The position numbers were made by a program, and so were the translations under genes. Below the pieces are notes generated by a model, which saw only the letters and a program-made list of their open reading frames with translations, ran no database searches and had not been told where the DNA came from. DNA of 63,318 nt from a virus (lineage: Duplodnaviria > Caudoviricetes), in the IMG/VR virus record IMGVR_UViG_3300032227_001118, positions 1-63,318 of that record; one strand, 5' to 3'. Shown piece after piece: positions 1-11,000 of the stretch. Within the stretch, counting starts at the first letter, position 1; every line of letters begins with the position of its first letter.

Positions 1-190
1 CTCCCTGTGGTCCTTGAGCACCTGCTACTCCCTGTGGTCCTTGAGCACCTGCTACTCCCTGTGGTCCTTGAGCACCTGCTACTCCCTGCGGTCCCTGCGC
101 ACCTGCTACTCCCTGTGGTCCTTGAGCACCGGCTACTCCCTGTGGTCCTTGAGCACCGGCTACTCCCTGCGGTCCCTGCGGTCCTTGTGG
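1..190 (-). repeat. 27-bp tandem coding repeat (GVAGAQGPQ collagen unit)
   Basis: Unit ctccctgtggtccttgagcacctgcta repeated in tandem; similar arrays at ~655-810, ~2140-2320, ~5800-6290. Confidence 0.9.
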
Positions 191-2584
191 ACCAACGGCA
201 CTGACTAATTGCCCATTGGTATAGATATTACCGGCATATAATGCACCACCTATGCCAACTCCGCCGCGTACTTGTAAGGCACCTGTAAGAGTAGATGTTG
301 CGGCTGTGGTTCCTAATATATAAGAATTGGATCCACCAACATACAAACTACCACCTATGCCAACGCCGCCGGCAACTATTAAAGCGCCGGTAATAGTTGA
401 ACTAGCAGCGGTATTATTGGTTGTCTGAATAACATCATCTGTTTTAACCAATGTAGTTGTAACTGTTGTGTATTCAATGGTTAATTTCTGTGCAACAATC
501 TCTCCGCCAACATACAAACTACCACCAATACCAACACCTCCTACGACCTGTAATGCACCTGTGGCAGTACTAGTTGCCACAGTACTATTATTGACTGATA
601 CAGCAGCATATGTTACCGAACTTGTAGTGTATAGATCTTGGTTGGTTCTACTCGGTCCCTGCGGTCCTTGAGCACCTGCTACTCCCTGAGGTCCTTGAGC
701 ACCTGCTACTCCCTGCGGTCCTTGAGCACCTGCGACTCCCTGTGGTCCTTGAGGTCCGGTGACGCCCTGTGGTCCTTGAGCACCTGCTACTCCCTGTGGC
801 CCTTGTGGACCAACAGCACTGACTAATTGCCCATTGGTATAGATATTACCGGCATATAATGCACCACCAATACCAACTCCGCCTGCTACAGTTAAGGCAC
901 CAGTGAGTGTACTAGTAGCAGCAAGTGTAGAAGTAATATTGGTAGTGGTAAATGTACCAGTGTTGGCGGTAATTCTGCTAACCCCAACAATATTGCCTCC
1001 AGCTAGATCAATGTCACCGCCAGTAGCTCCAGTGATAATCAATGTACCACCAACATATAGGTCTTTAGCAACTGATAATCCACCTGCTACCTGTAAAGCA
1101 CCTGTGCCAGTTGATGTAGCATTAGTTGTACCAGAAACAATGACATTGGTAGTGGTAAATGTTGTACCATTGAATGTTAATCCAGTACCAAATGTAGTGA
1201 CTCCTGGACCGCTTTGATAAGGAATTTGATCTTTCAATCCACCAATGATATTATTGGTCTTAACAGCACTGTCAACATAGATGCTGCCGGTATTAGTAAA
1301 TGCCGGAGCCGATCCAGCACCTGCACTGACCAATAACCAACCGGCCGATCCCTGTCCAAGGAAAGCAGTGGTATCGGGGGCACTTTGATATATCAATGCG
1401 CCATTTCCTGCACCGTTGCCTAATAGATTCTTTGCAAATCCAACTTGTAGAGTACTGGTACTAGTAATATAACTACTGGCAATATTACCAACAAATGAAG
1501 AGGCAGTTACAGAACCACCGGCATATAAACTGCCGCCAATACCAACACCTCCTGCTACCTGCAGTGCGCCTGTGATAGTTGATGTTGCATTGGTTGTACT
1601 ATTAATTGATAGATTTTTTGCTGAAATTACACCATTAGTAGTATTATAAGTTAGCGTGGAATCAGCATCGATAGCAGAATAATTACCATTTAAGTTATCT
1701 GCAAGTGCTAGATAATAGGTTGTATTTGGTAATACATTATTAACTAAAATATTGTCGGCATTGGTACTGCTTCCAACTATTCCGGAAATACTACTGGAAT
1801 TGATTGTACCGTCAATGATACCACCAACATATAAATTACCGCCAATGCCAACTCCTCCAGTGACAATCAATGCCCCTGTAGTAGTAGAACTAGCAGCAGT
1901 ATTATTAGTTGTTTGAATAACATCATCGGTTTTGACCAGTGTAGTTGTAACAGTGGTATACTCAATGGTTAATTTTTGTGCAACAATTTCGCCACCAACA
2001 TATAAACTACCACCGATACCAACACCACCTATTACCTGTAAGGCACCTGTAGCAGTACTATTTGCCGCAGTGTTATTACTAACTGATACAGCAGCATATG
2101 TTACTGAACTTGTAGTATATAAATCTTGGTTGGTTCTGCTCGGTCCTTGCGGTCCTTGTGGTCCTGCTACTCCTTGCGGTCCTTGTGGTCCTGCTACTCC
2201 CTGTGGTCCTTGAGCACCTGCTACTCCCTGTGGCCCTTGAGCGCCAGCTACTCCTTGCGGTCCTTGTGGTCCTGCTACTCCCTGCGGTCCCTGCGCGCCG
2301 GCTACTCCTTGTGGCCCGGCCGAACTTGTCCAAACGTAACTACTACCATTCCAACTTAGATATGTACTGGCAGTAGAAGGTGCTGTTACAAATCCAGTTG
2401 TTCCGGTATTGATTTGATATAGAATTTGATTGACAAACCCTCCTGCTATGTTAGTAGCAGTACTGACTATAATACCAGATGTTGGACTAACTCGAGTCCA
2501 AGAATTTGTGGTGGTAGAATATGTATAGGTGATGCCATTTGCTATGGTAATTTGCCCGTTAGTGGCTGGAGTTGGAAAAGACAC
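1..2584 (-). CDS. Collagen-repeat tail fibre/appendage protein, truncated at window edge (absent from ORF track)
   Basis: GTG start at 2584 after AAGGA; translates [32 protein letters not shown]...; same frame still reads GPQG at positions 2-13; contains GPQGVAGAQ collagen blocks and TGALQVxGGVGIGG modules. Confidence 0.85.
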   Translation of the reverse strand, partial: MSFPTPATNGQITIANGITYTYSTTTNSWTRVSPTSGIIVSTATNIAGGFVNQILYQINTGTTGFVTAPSTASTYLSWNGSSYVWTSSAGPQGVAGAQGPQGVAGPQGPQGVAGAQGPQGVAGAQGPQGVAGPQGPQGVAGPQGPQGPSRTNQDLYTTSSVTYAAVSVSNNTAANSTATGALQVIGGVGIGGSLYVGGEIVAQKLTIEYTTVTTTLVKTDDVIQTTNNTAASSTTTGALIVTGGVGIGGNLYVGGIIDGTINSSSISGIVGSSTNADNILVNNVLPNTTYYLALADNLNGNYSAIDADSTLTYNTTNGVISAKNLSINSTTNATSTITGALQVAGGVGIGGSLYAGGSVTASSFVGNIASSYITSTSTLQVGFAKNLLGNGAGNGALIYQSAPDTTAFLGQGSAGWLLVSAGAGSAPAFTNTGSIYVDSAVKTNNIIGGLKDQIPYQSGPGVTTFGTGLTFNGTTFTTTNVIVSGTTNATSTGTGALQVAGGLSVAKDLYVGGTLIITGATGGDIDLAGGNIVGVSRITANTGTFTTTNITSTLAATSTLTGALTVAGGVGIGGALYAGNIYTNGQLVSAVGPQGPQGVAGAQGPQGVTGPQGPQGVAGAQGPQGVAGAQGPQGVAGAQGPQGPSRTNQDLYTTSSVTYAAVSVNNSTVATSTATGALQVVGGVGIGGSLYVGGEIVAQKLTIEYTTVTTTLVKTDDVIQTTNNTAASSTITGALIVAGGVGIGGSLYVGGSNSYILGTTAATSTLTGALQVRGGVGIGGALYAGNIYTNGQLVSAVGPQGPQGPQGVAGAQGPQGVAGAQGPQGVAGAQGPQGVAGAQGPQGVAGAQGPQGVAGAQGPQG

Positions 2585-2606
2585 TTTATAGATTCCTTAT
2601 ATAAAT

Positions 2607-2936
2607 TTATTTGGGATACTTTAATTTAACAGCCTCAATGGTCGCAGCCATTTCTGCAGGAAATAACCCTGCATGATATAGTGCATCCAGTTGATCCCCT
2701 ATTGATGGATATTCGGCGGCCCGCTTGGCTCGATAAGCCGTTGCATTGTCTGCTGCTGTCTTTGCAGCCCAGGCAGCATCTAATTGTTCTTGAGTTGGAA
2801 TCACACCAAGTCGATCTGTATTCCATTGAAGAATTTGATCTGCCTGACCTTCCGGTTGTCCTGTTTGGTAGTCGCCAGAAGAAAAGGCAATATTGTTCTG
2901 TGACAGGTATGCTTGTATTTGTTCGTTGAGTGTCAT
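2607..2936 (-). CDS. Small tail-fibre assembly/chaperone-like protein (XkdW/Tfa-like)
   Basis: 109 aa; C-terminal RAAEYPSIGDQLDAL...VKLKYPK motif typical of small proteins that follow phage fibre genes; lies directly downstream of a fibre gene. Confidence 0.6.
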   Translation of the reverse strand: MTLNEQIQAYLSQNNIAFSSGDYQTGQPEGQADQILQWNTDRLGVIPTQEQLDAAWAAKTAADNATAYRAKRAAEYPSIGDQLDALYHAGLFPAEMAATIEAVKLKYPK

Positions 2937-2945
2937 TTCGTGTCC

Positions 2946-5900
2946 TTATGAAGAAATACCGTAAAGAGATGCAGAGCCAGCAGCTATTACATAACCCGCA
3001 AAAAGTTTAATAGCAGTTTTAGCATCAGTGTTGTTCTCTAACCCACCTCCGCCCGTTATTGCAATACGACCTTCACCATAACCTAACCCATAATTTTGAT
3101 AATTCACTATTGTGTAGTAACCAGAAGTCATTCCTTCAATATATATTTGACCGCTAATCCCCCATGAAGCACTGTTAACTATTCCGGTATGAAAAAGGTT
3201 TATGTTTGAACTGTTGATTTGATTAGTCGCATATACAGTACCACTCGATATTTTGGCCGAGCTGTAATGATATCCAGTAGTAATATATGTTGGACCAGAT
3301 CCGGTTCCAAAACTTAAAAAGACACTATCTGCATTATTAGCCACAACCAAATTTTCAATTATTATTAAATATTTTTTGTAACCACTCAATCCTGTCCAAG
3401 CCAGAGTGGCACTATTACTTGCAGTCAGGGTGCTGATCAACGTCATTGCACTGCTGGCGGCACTGCCACTGGGTCCACTTGGACCCGTCGGCCCTGCTAC
3501 TGAAGATGCTGCTCCGGCCGGTCCTTGGGGTCCTTGAGCACCTGCTACGCCTTGCGGTCCTTGTGGACCAGTGTTACCAACCACTCCCTGTGGTCCCTGG
3601 GCACCTGCAACGCCTTGTGGTCCTTGAGCACCGGCTACTCCTTGCGGTCCTGCCGGTACCAGTGCTGGCCCATTTATATCTAACCAGACATTGGATCCAC
3701 TACCATTATCTGTGTATCTATAAATGGTATCTGTGCCGCTGTTGTACCAAATATCTCCTACTATAGGATTACCAGGAGGCAGAGTACTGGTTGTATTACG
3801 GACTCCGCCGCCGACAACTGCACCACCAACATGTAAACTACCACCAATACCAACTCCGCCGGCTACCTGTAGTGCTCCGGTACTGGTCGTTGTGGCATTA
3901 GTTGTACCAGAAACAATAATATTGGTAGTGGTAAATGTTGTACCATTAAATGTTAATCCACTATTAAATGTAGTGGCACCTACAGCACTTTGATATGGAA
4001 TTTGGTTAGCTGAACCACCAAGAATATTCTGTGAACTGACTGCAGAGTTAACATACATACTACCGGTGCTGGTAAATGCCGGTGCACCGTTTGTTGTTGC
4101 TTGCAGGAATTGTCCTGTTGTTCCGCTATTAATAAATGCTGTTGTACCAGCCGCACTTTGATAATGAATCTGCCCTTGAGATCCACCTACTATGTTGACC
4201 GAAGTGGTTACCAGGGTCGATGTCGAAGCGGTAGTTACTTCTTTAGTAACTGGGTTGTAATACATTATCCAAGTTGTTGCACTTGTAGTGGCATCGGAAC
4301 GAATCGGTGCAATATATAACCCAGAATTATAAACAGGGAGGTTAGAATTTTGACCACTAATAACAACAGCATTGGCCGGAATTGGTGCTCCAGATCCTGC
4401 AAAAGAACCAATTGCTACCGACCCTTGACCAATCCCGGAGGATCCTGCATTGTGTCCAATACCGATACTATATCCAAAGTTTGTATTTACAGAATTACCG
4501 ATTGCCACTGAGTTTGCAGCGATTCCGGCGACTCCGCTGCCTAATGCAATTTCGGTTGCTGGAGTTCTTAATATAGTAGCAGTGACTATACCACCAACAA
4601 ATAATCCCCCGCCTACTCCAACTCCTCCTACTACTCTTAATGCACCTGTTGTAGTACTGATTACAGCGGTCGTTCCGGTTACTAAAATAGCAGGACTAGT
4701 AACAGCACCATCGGCACTGGCTCCTAATTGACCTTTACCTAATACTAATGTATTTGCAGAAAGATACAAGGTTCTAAACGGTAAACTTGGCGATCCAAGA
4801 TCCTGTGATTCAGCCACCGATGGTAAAATATTACCACCTATATTTAGATTTCCACCGATGCCAACTCCGCCTGCTATAGTTAGCGCCCCAGTTATGGTGT
4901 TGGTAGAATCAGTTGTGCTAGGAATAGATACGTTGGTAGCAGTAAATGTAGTACCATTAAATGTTAACCCACTACTGAATGTTGTAGCACCCGCTCCACT
5001 TTGATATGGAATTTGATCTTTCAATCCACCAATGATATTATTGGCTTTAACAGCACTGTCAACATAGATGCTTCCGGTATTGGTAAATGCCGGAGCCGAT
5101 CCGCCACCTGCACTGACCAATAACCAACCAGCCGATCCCTGCCCAAGGAATGCAGTAGTATCAGGGGCACTTTGATATACCAATGCACCATTACCTGCAC
5201 CATTACCCAGTAAGTTTTTAGCAAATCCAACCTGTTGTGTTGAAGTATTGCCTGCATTTAGCACATTAGCTATAGCGGCATTACCTACGTAGATACTACC
5301 TGTGTTAGTATAAGTAGGAGCAGCAGCACCGGCACTTACCAGTATTTGTCCTGCTGTGCCCGGGCCTGCAAAATTAGTTGTACCGATACCTGTCTGATAA
5401 ACTAATTGACCAGCTGTACCACCAGTAATGTTTGTGGCTGTTGTAATACTACCTGTAATATTAGCTGCACTTAGAGCGCCGCCAACATACAAATTACCAC
5501 CAATACCAACGCCGCCTGTAACTATTAAAGCACCAGTTGTAGTTGAACTGGCAGCAGTAGAATTGGTTGTTTGAATGACATCATCTGTTTTAACCAGTGT
5601 GGTTGTAACAGTAGTGTACTCAATGGTTAATTTTTGTGCAACAATTTCGCCGCCGACATATAAACTACCACCAATACCAACTCCGCCTATTACCTGAAGT
5701 GCGCCAGTGGCAGTACTATTTGCCGCAGTATTATTATTAACTGATACAGCAGCATATGTTACTGAACTTGTAGTGTATAAATCTTGATTGGTTCTACTGG
5801 GCCCCTGTGGTCCCTGTGGTCCGATGTCGCCTTGAGGTCCTTGTGGGCCTGTAACTCCTTGTGGTCCTTGTGGGCCTGTAACTCCTTGTGGTCCTTGTGG

Positions 5901-6434
5901 GCCTGTAACTCCTTGTGGTCCTTGTGGGCCTGTAACTCCTTGTGGTCCTTGTGGGCCTGTAACTCCTTGTGGTCCTTGAGCACCTGCTACTCCTTGAGGT
6001 CCTTGAGCACCTGCTACTCCTTGAGGTCCTTGAGCACCTGCTACTCCTTGAGGTCCTTGTGGTCCAATGTCGCCTTGTGGCCCTTGAGCACCTGCTACTC
6101 CTTGAGGTCCCTGTGGTCCGATGTCGCCTTGTGGTCCTTGAGCACCTGCTACTCCTTGTGGTCCCTGTGGTCCGATGTCGCCTTGTGGTCCATCCGACCC
6201 AACATATCCATTTGCTCCACTTGGACCAGTAGGTCCCTGGGCACCCGCAACTCCCTGTGGTCCTTGAGCACCTGCTGCTCCCTGTGGCCCACCTGCAGTT
6301 ACCAGAACTCCGCCGGCTGTGGTGCCATCACCTACATATATCAATTTAGTATCAGTGGTATAAATTAATTCCCCAACAGCTGGAGTTATACCAGTTCTTG
6401 TTCCCGAAGTTCCTCGTCTTAATTGTAAAGCCAT
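2946..6434 (-). CDS. Tail fibre / receptor-binding protein (Mtd-N-like N-terminus, collagen stalks, YadA-like repeats, distinct C-terminal domain)
   Basis: 1162 aa; MALQLRRGT...[17 protein letters not shown] start; long Gly-X-Y runs; SVAIG repeats; non-repetitive C-terminal ~165 aa. Confidence 0.8.
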   Translation of the reverse strand: MALQLRRGTSGTRTGITPAVGELIYTTDTKLIYVGDGTTAGGVLVTAGGPQGAAGAQGPQGVAGAQGPTGPSGANGYVGSDGPQGDIGPQGPQGVAGAQGPQGDIGPQGPQGVAGAQGPQGDIGPQGPQGVAGAQGPQGVAGAQGPQGVAGAQGPQGVTGPQGPQGVTGPQGPQGVTGPQGPQGVTGPQGPQGVTGPQGPQGDIGPQGPQGPSRTNQDLYTTSSVTYAAVSVNNNTAANSTATGALQVIGGVGIGGSLYVGGEIVAQKLTIEYTTVTTTLVKTDDVIQTTNSTAASSTTTGALIVTGGVGIGGNLYVGGALSAANITGSITTATNITGGTAGQLVYQTGIGTTNFAGPGTAGQILVSAGAAAPTYTNTGSIYVGNAAIANVLNAGNTSTQQVGFAKNLLGNGAGNGALVYQSAPDTTAFLGQGSAGWLLVSAGGGSAPAFTNTGSIYVDSAVKANNIIGGLKDQIPYQSGAGATTFSSGLTFNGTTFTATNVSIPSTTDSTNTITGALTIAGGVGIGGNLNIGGNILPSVAESQDLGSPSLPFRTLYLSANTLVLGKGQLGASADGAVTSPAILVTGTTAVISTTTGALRVVGGVGVGGGLFVGGIVTATILRTPATEIALGSGVAGIAANSVAIGNSVNTNFGYSIGIGHNAGSSGIGQGSVAIGSFAGSGAPIPANAVVISGQNSNLPVYNSGLYIAPIRSDATTSATTWIMYYNPVTKEVTTASTSTLVTTSVNIVGGSQGQIHYQSAAGTTAFINSGTTGQFLQATTNGAPAFTSTGSMYVNSAVSSQNILGGSANQIPYQSAVGATTFNSGLTFNGTTFTTTNIIVSGTTNATTTSTGALQVAGGVGIGGSLHVGGAVVGGGVRNTTSTLPPGNPIVGDIWYNSGTDTIYRYTDNGSGSNVWLDINGPALVPAGPQGVAGAQGPQGVAGAQGPQGVVGNTGPQGPQGVAGAQGPQGPAGAASSVAGPTGPSGPSGSAASSAMTLISTLTASNSATLAWTGLSGYKKYLIIIENLVVANNADSVFLSFGTGSGPTYITTGYHYSSAKISSGTVYATNQINSSNINLFHTGIVNSASWGISGQIYIEGMTSGYYTIVNYQNYGLGYGEGRIAITGGGGLENNTDAKTAIKLFAGYVIAAGSASLYGISS

Positions 6435-6450
6435 TCTGATATCCTAAATA

Positions 6451-7923
6451 TTAAAAAGATCCTAGATCTAATGTAAATCCCACTGGGTTAGAAAATGTTC
6501 CAAAATCTAAATTACCTCCTCCGCCTCCGCCTACGTTTGCTGATATTCCTGCCAACATGTCCGCTGTAAAGTTAACTACAGCAGATCCTGACATGTCTAT
6601 CCAGTAAATTTCTCCACTGCCGTCATCAGTATATCTATATACAACATCATTGACGGTATTATACCAAATATCGCCTACTACAGGATTTTGAGGTGCTGTA
6701 GAAGTGGTTGTGGTTCTCACACCTCCACCGACAATTCTACCACCTACATTTAAGTTTCCACTAATGCCTACCCCACCTTCTACTATCACAGCACCTGTGT
6801 TGGTACCAGTTGACTCTATGCCCCCAGTGACTCTAAGTCCCGGGCCCGGGCCAGTATTGGCCAATATGGTGGATACACCGATTGTTCCTACTCTGGCACC
6901 GCCCGGAGTAAGGCTAAGCTGGAACCTTGTAGGGCTTAGTACAGCAGGAACATAATAAGTTGTCCCGGAAACCAATCCAAGCCCAGATGTTTGTGGAATA
7001 ACTATTTCTCCACCAGTAAACGCATGTACACTATCTGTTAAAAAGCTAACACCATTAAAGCCCAATATGCTAATAGTGGCACTGGATCCGTTGATACTAA
7101 CACTACCGCCAACGCTGACATTATTGGTTGTTCTGGAACTGCCAGTGAGCATACCACCATTGACGTATAAATTACCGCCAATTCCCACTCCACCTGCTAC
7201 AGTTAGTGCGCCGGTATTGGTATCTGTACTAACATCGGTATTGAGTAGTTTAATTGCATAGGTGGTGGTGTTGCCTGATTGGGTAACTGTTTGAAGTGTA
7301 GCAGTGGTTAAAACAACACCACCGCTGGTATATAATGTTCCACCAACGTAGAGATCTTTAACAACATTTACGTTGTCTGCAAAAAGTTTTTGATTGTCGG
7401 CATCATAGGTCAATGCCGAGTCAGCATCTAATGGACTATAACTGCCATCTTTGAGCTCGCTCAATGTTATGTAATAGCTGGTAGTAGAAGCAGTATTAAC
7501 ATTGTTAATCAGTACATTGTCGGCATTGATACTGCCACCAACTGGACCGGAGATATTATTACCGCCAATAGTACCAAATATTGTACCACCTACATATACA
7601 TCACCGCCAATTCCTACTCCCCCTGCTACAGTTAGTGCACCGGAATCGGTACTTGTGCTGCTATCAGTATTGAGTAGTTTAATTGCATAGGTAGTGGTGT
7701 TACCTGATTGGGTAACTGTTTGAAGCGTGGAGGTAGTTAAAACAACACCACCACTGGTATATACTCTTCCGCCGACGTAGAGATCTTTGACAATAGAAGC
7801 ACCGCCTGCTATGTGGAGGGCGCCAGTTGCTGTGTCAACAGAATTGGTTGTTGATCGAATTGTGGCGGTTGTTGAAACCACCAGGCCATGTTTGACTACA
7901 AAGTCGAAATTGTTTAGAGCCAT
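6451..7923 (-). CDS. Fibre/appendage structural protein
   Basis: 490 aa; TGALxVxGGVGIGG modules; internal duplication; PQNPVVGDIWYN motif; ends LDFGTF...LDLGSF. Confidence 0.7.
   Translation of the reverse strand: MALNNFDFVVKHGLVVSTTATIRSTTNSVDTATGALHIAGGASIVKDLYVGGRVYTSGGVVLTTSTLQTVTQSGNTTTYAIKLLNTDSSTSTDSGALTVAGGVGIGGDVYVGGTIFGTIGGNNISGPVGGSINADNVLINNVNTASTTSYYITLSELKDGSYSPLDADSALTYDADNQKLFADNVNVVKDLYVGGTLYTSGGVVLTTATLQTVTQSGNTTTYAIKLLNTDVSTDTNTGALTVAGGVGIGGNLYVNGGMLTGSSRTTNNVSVGGSVSINGSSATISILGFNGVSFLTDSVHAFTGGEIVIPQTSGLGLVSGTTYYVPAVLSPTRFQLSLTPGGARVGTIGVSTILANTGPGPGLRVTGGIESTGTNTGAVIVEGGVGISGNLNVGGRIVGGGVRTTTTSTAPQNPVVGDIWYNTVNDVVYRYTDDGSGEIYWIDMSGSAVVNFTADMLAGISANVGGGGGGNLDFGTFSNPVGFTLDLGSF
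7165..7790 (-). repeat. Internal ~190-bp direct duplication within the 490-aa fibre gene
   Basis: VKDLYVGGxxYTSGGVVLTTxTLQTVTQSGNTTTYAIKLLNTD...[13 protein letters not shown] encoded twice (~7165-7362 and ~7590-7790) with near-identical DNA. Confidence 0.85.
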
Positions 7924-7965
7924 TAGCTTCCCTTTCCACTATAACGGCTTATGTTATATAAACTT

Positions 7966-7973
7966 TATTTATA
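7966..7973 (-). promoter_or_regulatory. T4-type late promoter TATAAATA
   Basis: Exact T4 late consensus ~45 nt upstream of the ATG at 7923, just after a terminator. Confidence 0.75.
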
Positions 7974-7997
7974 CGTTTGGTTGATATTATACATAGT

Positions 7998-8022
7998 AAA
8001 ACAGGACCTTTCGGTCCTGTTT
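7998..8022 (-). terminator. Rho-independent terminator
   Basis: Minus strand AAACAGGACC-GAAA-GGTCCTGTTTT downstream of the 1285-aa gene. Confidence 0.85.
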
Positions 8023-8043
8023 GTACTGCATAGCTATGCTATT

Positions 8044-11000
8044 TTAGCAATGATTTTCTACGACACTTATGATACTTTGACGTACTACTTGAATTATCAT
8101 ATTAACAGTTGAGTAATTTGGACTGAATGTTAGTTCAACATTTCCTGCATTATACCCACCGCCAAATGTTCCAAGATCCCCGTTATTGTTTACAATACCA
8201 TACTCGGTTACATAAACATTGGTACCATCGTGGATAATTATCATTTCTTGAGTGTGTATACTGGTACCATCTTTGATTTGAATCAAATACTTGGCACTGG
8301 TATATCTATCTTTATCCCAACTATCGATGATTTGTGTCCAAAGATTACCAGTAAGACCATCATAGGTACCGCCACTTTGCATGCTGTTGACAATGAATAC
8401 ACCGTCAATTGGCTTGTTATGTGGGTTTTGACCACCAGTATCGCCGCCATCGTTCATACCGGCGTATAGTACCTTACCTACTGAAACATTTCCTAAGGCC
8501 TTAATACCACCACGCACTCCTAATGATTGAGCAGTATCGGTTAGATCCTTACCATAGTAGCTTAGGTCAGTGTCGTCGGTACTGGTAATAGTCAACGAGG
8601 TAGCAGTAAATGTTCCGGTAATGCTGACATTGTTAAGATTAGCATCGCCGCTGGCTGTAACGTTGGCAAAATTACTACTTGTGCTGGACAGTACCTTTCC
8701 ACCTAAATAAATGTCGTTAGCAACATAAATGCTGGTGTTAAATGTAGCTGTTGTTCCAACATACAAGTCCTTCTCTATAGTTGCTCCGCCTGCTGTCTTA
8801 AAGGACGGAACAATGGTAGAAGTATTGGCCAGTGTAGGATTGTCTCCTGTAATATTGATATTTTCTGTATTTACAGTAACAAATGTACCTGTGCTACCAG
8901 TGATCTGGTCAACACCGTCCAGGCTGTTGCCCTGGACATACAGTGTACCTTGAACATACAAGTCTGCATTAACATAAGCATCTTGATCAACATATAGTCC
9001 ACCAGCAATACCAACACCACCTAGAACCTGTAGAGCACCGGATGCTGTTGTGTTAGTTGAACTGGCAGCAGTACTGTTAATAACAACACTATTAATTGTT
9101 AATGTGCTATTAAATGTTGAGGTACGAGTTAGTTCTTTGGTAGCTGCATTGTAAATTACCATAGTTGTTGCTGTGTTATCATCACGCAATGAGTCAACAT
9201 AGAATCTACCTGTAGCATCATAGACTTTGGTGCTGTTAGGTAGTGTTAATGCACCATCAGTTTCAAAGTTCCACTCTTTGTTGTTATTGTCAGTTTTGAT
9301 CTTAACCTTTGCTTCAGCATCGAGTATTAAATCTCTACGACCGGCGCCTACACCGTTTTCTTCACGAATATTGGAACGATCCTTAAACCAAATTGTACTG
9401 GTGGCATTGGTCATCGTTAGATGAGTTCCGATACCTATCGAGTCTCCAACCATAATACCACCATTGGGTATATGTAAGGCTGGATTGGCATCGTTGTAAT
9501 CGTTACCGCTGTCAATGTATACTTCTTTCTTGGAGAAGATACCACCGTTGGTTACTGATAACGCACCACCTGCGGATGTTCCACCATCGGATCCAGTTAG
9601 AGAAATATTAAGGGCACCAGTAAAGTCACCACCTGTCATAGTGAGGTTACCACCTGTACCGCTGACTTCGATACTACCACCAACTGTTAGTTTTTCGGTA
9701 CTGCTGTCAAAGGTTAGAGAACTGTCGTCAACTAAGTTTCCATCGGTATCGCTGAATACAACACCGCCAGTAGTAGCCAAGTTGTCTGGGCGAACATACG
9801 GTGCTTGTAGATAACCGCTGCCACTTAATACAGCATTGGTAAGGGTGTTTAATAAAAATGTAGCACCGATAACTTCCAATGAAGCACCAGCCTCAGCAGC
9901 CTTAACATAGATTTCACTATCGTGGTTCAACTGCGAAATCCCAGTAACTCCGCCAGCAGTACTACTGTATAGTTCAATATTTTGTCCAGCAGGTACAGAA
10001 ATGGAGTTAAGATTGCCATCAATGGTAATATTGTTTACTTTTAGTGCCTTATCAGTATCGTTATAAGTGAACAAGCCTGTGTCAAAAGTTGTTGTACCTG
10101 TGTTAGATTGGAACGGGATATCGTATTGTGCGCCACCAGCAATATTGGTTGCTGTTGTAGCCGCACCAACCGATGTAGCACCAGCACTGGCCCAAGTAGC
10201 AGTACTACCAGCACTTACCCAGGTTAAAACTTGATTATCTCCTGTTCCAGCTGGTAGGAATGCTGTTACGCCGTCGGCAGTTTGAATTGGAATCTGACCT
10301 GCACCACCACCATTTAGATTATCAGCTTGTTTTACTGTTCCAAAGATTGTACCTGTTACATTTAGATCAGCATCAATGTAGCTGTTGCCAGCAACACTAA
10401 ATCCACCTGCTAGATCCAATGCGTTGGTATCAGAAGTGCTAGTGCTATCAGCGGTATCTTTACCAAGGATTGAACCAATTTCCATTGTGGCATAGGTAGC
10501 AGCAGCAACGGCTGCATTGGTATTACCAGCAGCATTTGTCTTTACAATCATATGTCCGGTACTATCACGTCCAATAAACATCTGATTGTCAGCCGATGTA
10601 GCAGTGTTGTAATAGTGTAGAGCAATACCACGGTTTAGACCATCGTCGACTGATAATACAGCAGAGTTAGGACCTGTACCTAATTCAATAACTGGATCGC
10701 TGATGTTGGTAACTGTGCTGTCTACAATGGTTTGAACACCTTGAACAGTTAGTTTACCCGCAATGACCACATCCTGACCAACTTTTAGATCTTTGGCAAT
10801 GTGAGCACCACCTTCTGTGTAAAAGCTGTTGCTGGCAGCAATAGTAAGATCGCTGCTTGTATCGTTGATCTTTACTGTGCCATCTGTTTCTACATTACCA
10901 TTGCTGGCTGTAACTGTAAAATTATCGTTAACAGTTAGTGTACCTGTGGAGTTGAATGTTCCATTAACGCCCATATTGCCATCGGCATAAACATTACCAT

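Noticed and set aside
1-6300. Regular 18-27-bp repeats resembling a CRISPR array
   Set aside because: No unique spacers; units are multiples of 9 bp encoding Gly-X-Y collagen in frame; no cas genes
2946-6434. Diversity-generating retroelement suggested by the Mtd-N-like domain and duplicated blocks
   Set aside because: No reverse transcriptase in the window; repeats lie inside coding stalks and differ mainly at synonymous sites rather than only at adenines; the C-terminal tip has no template copy here
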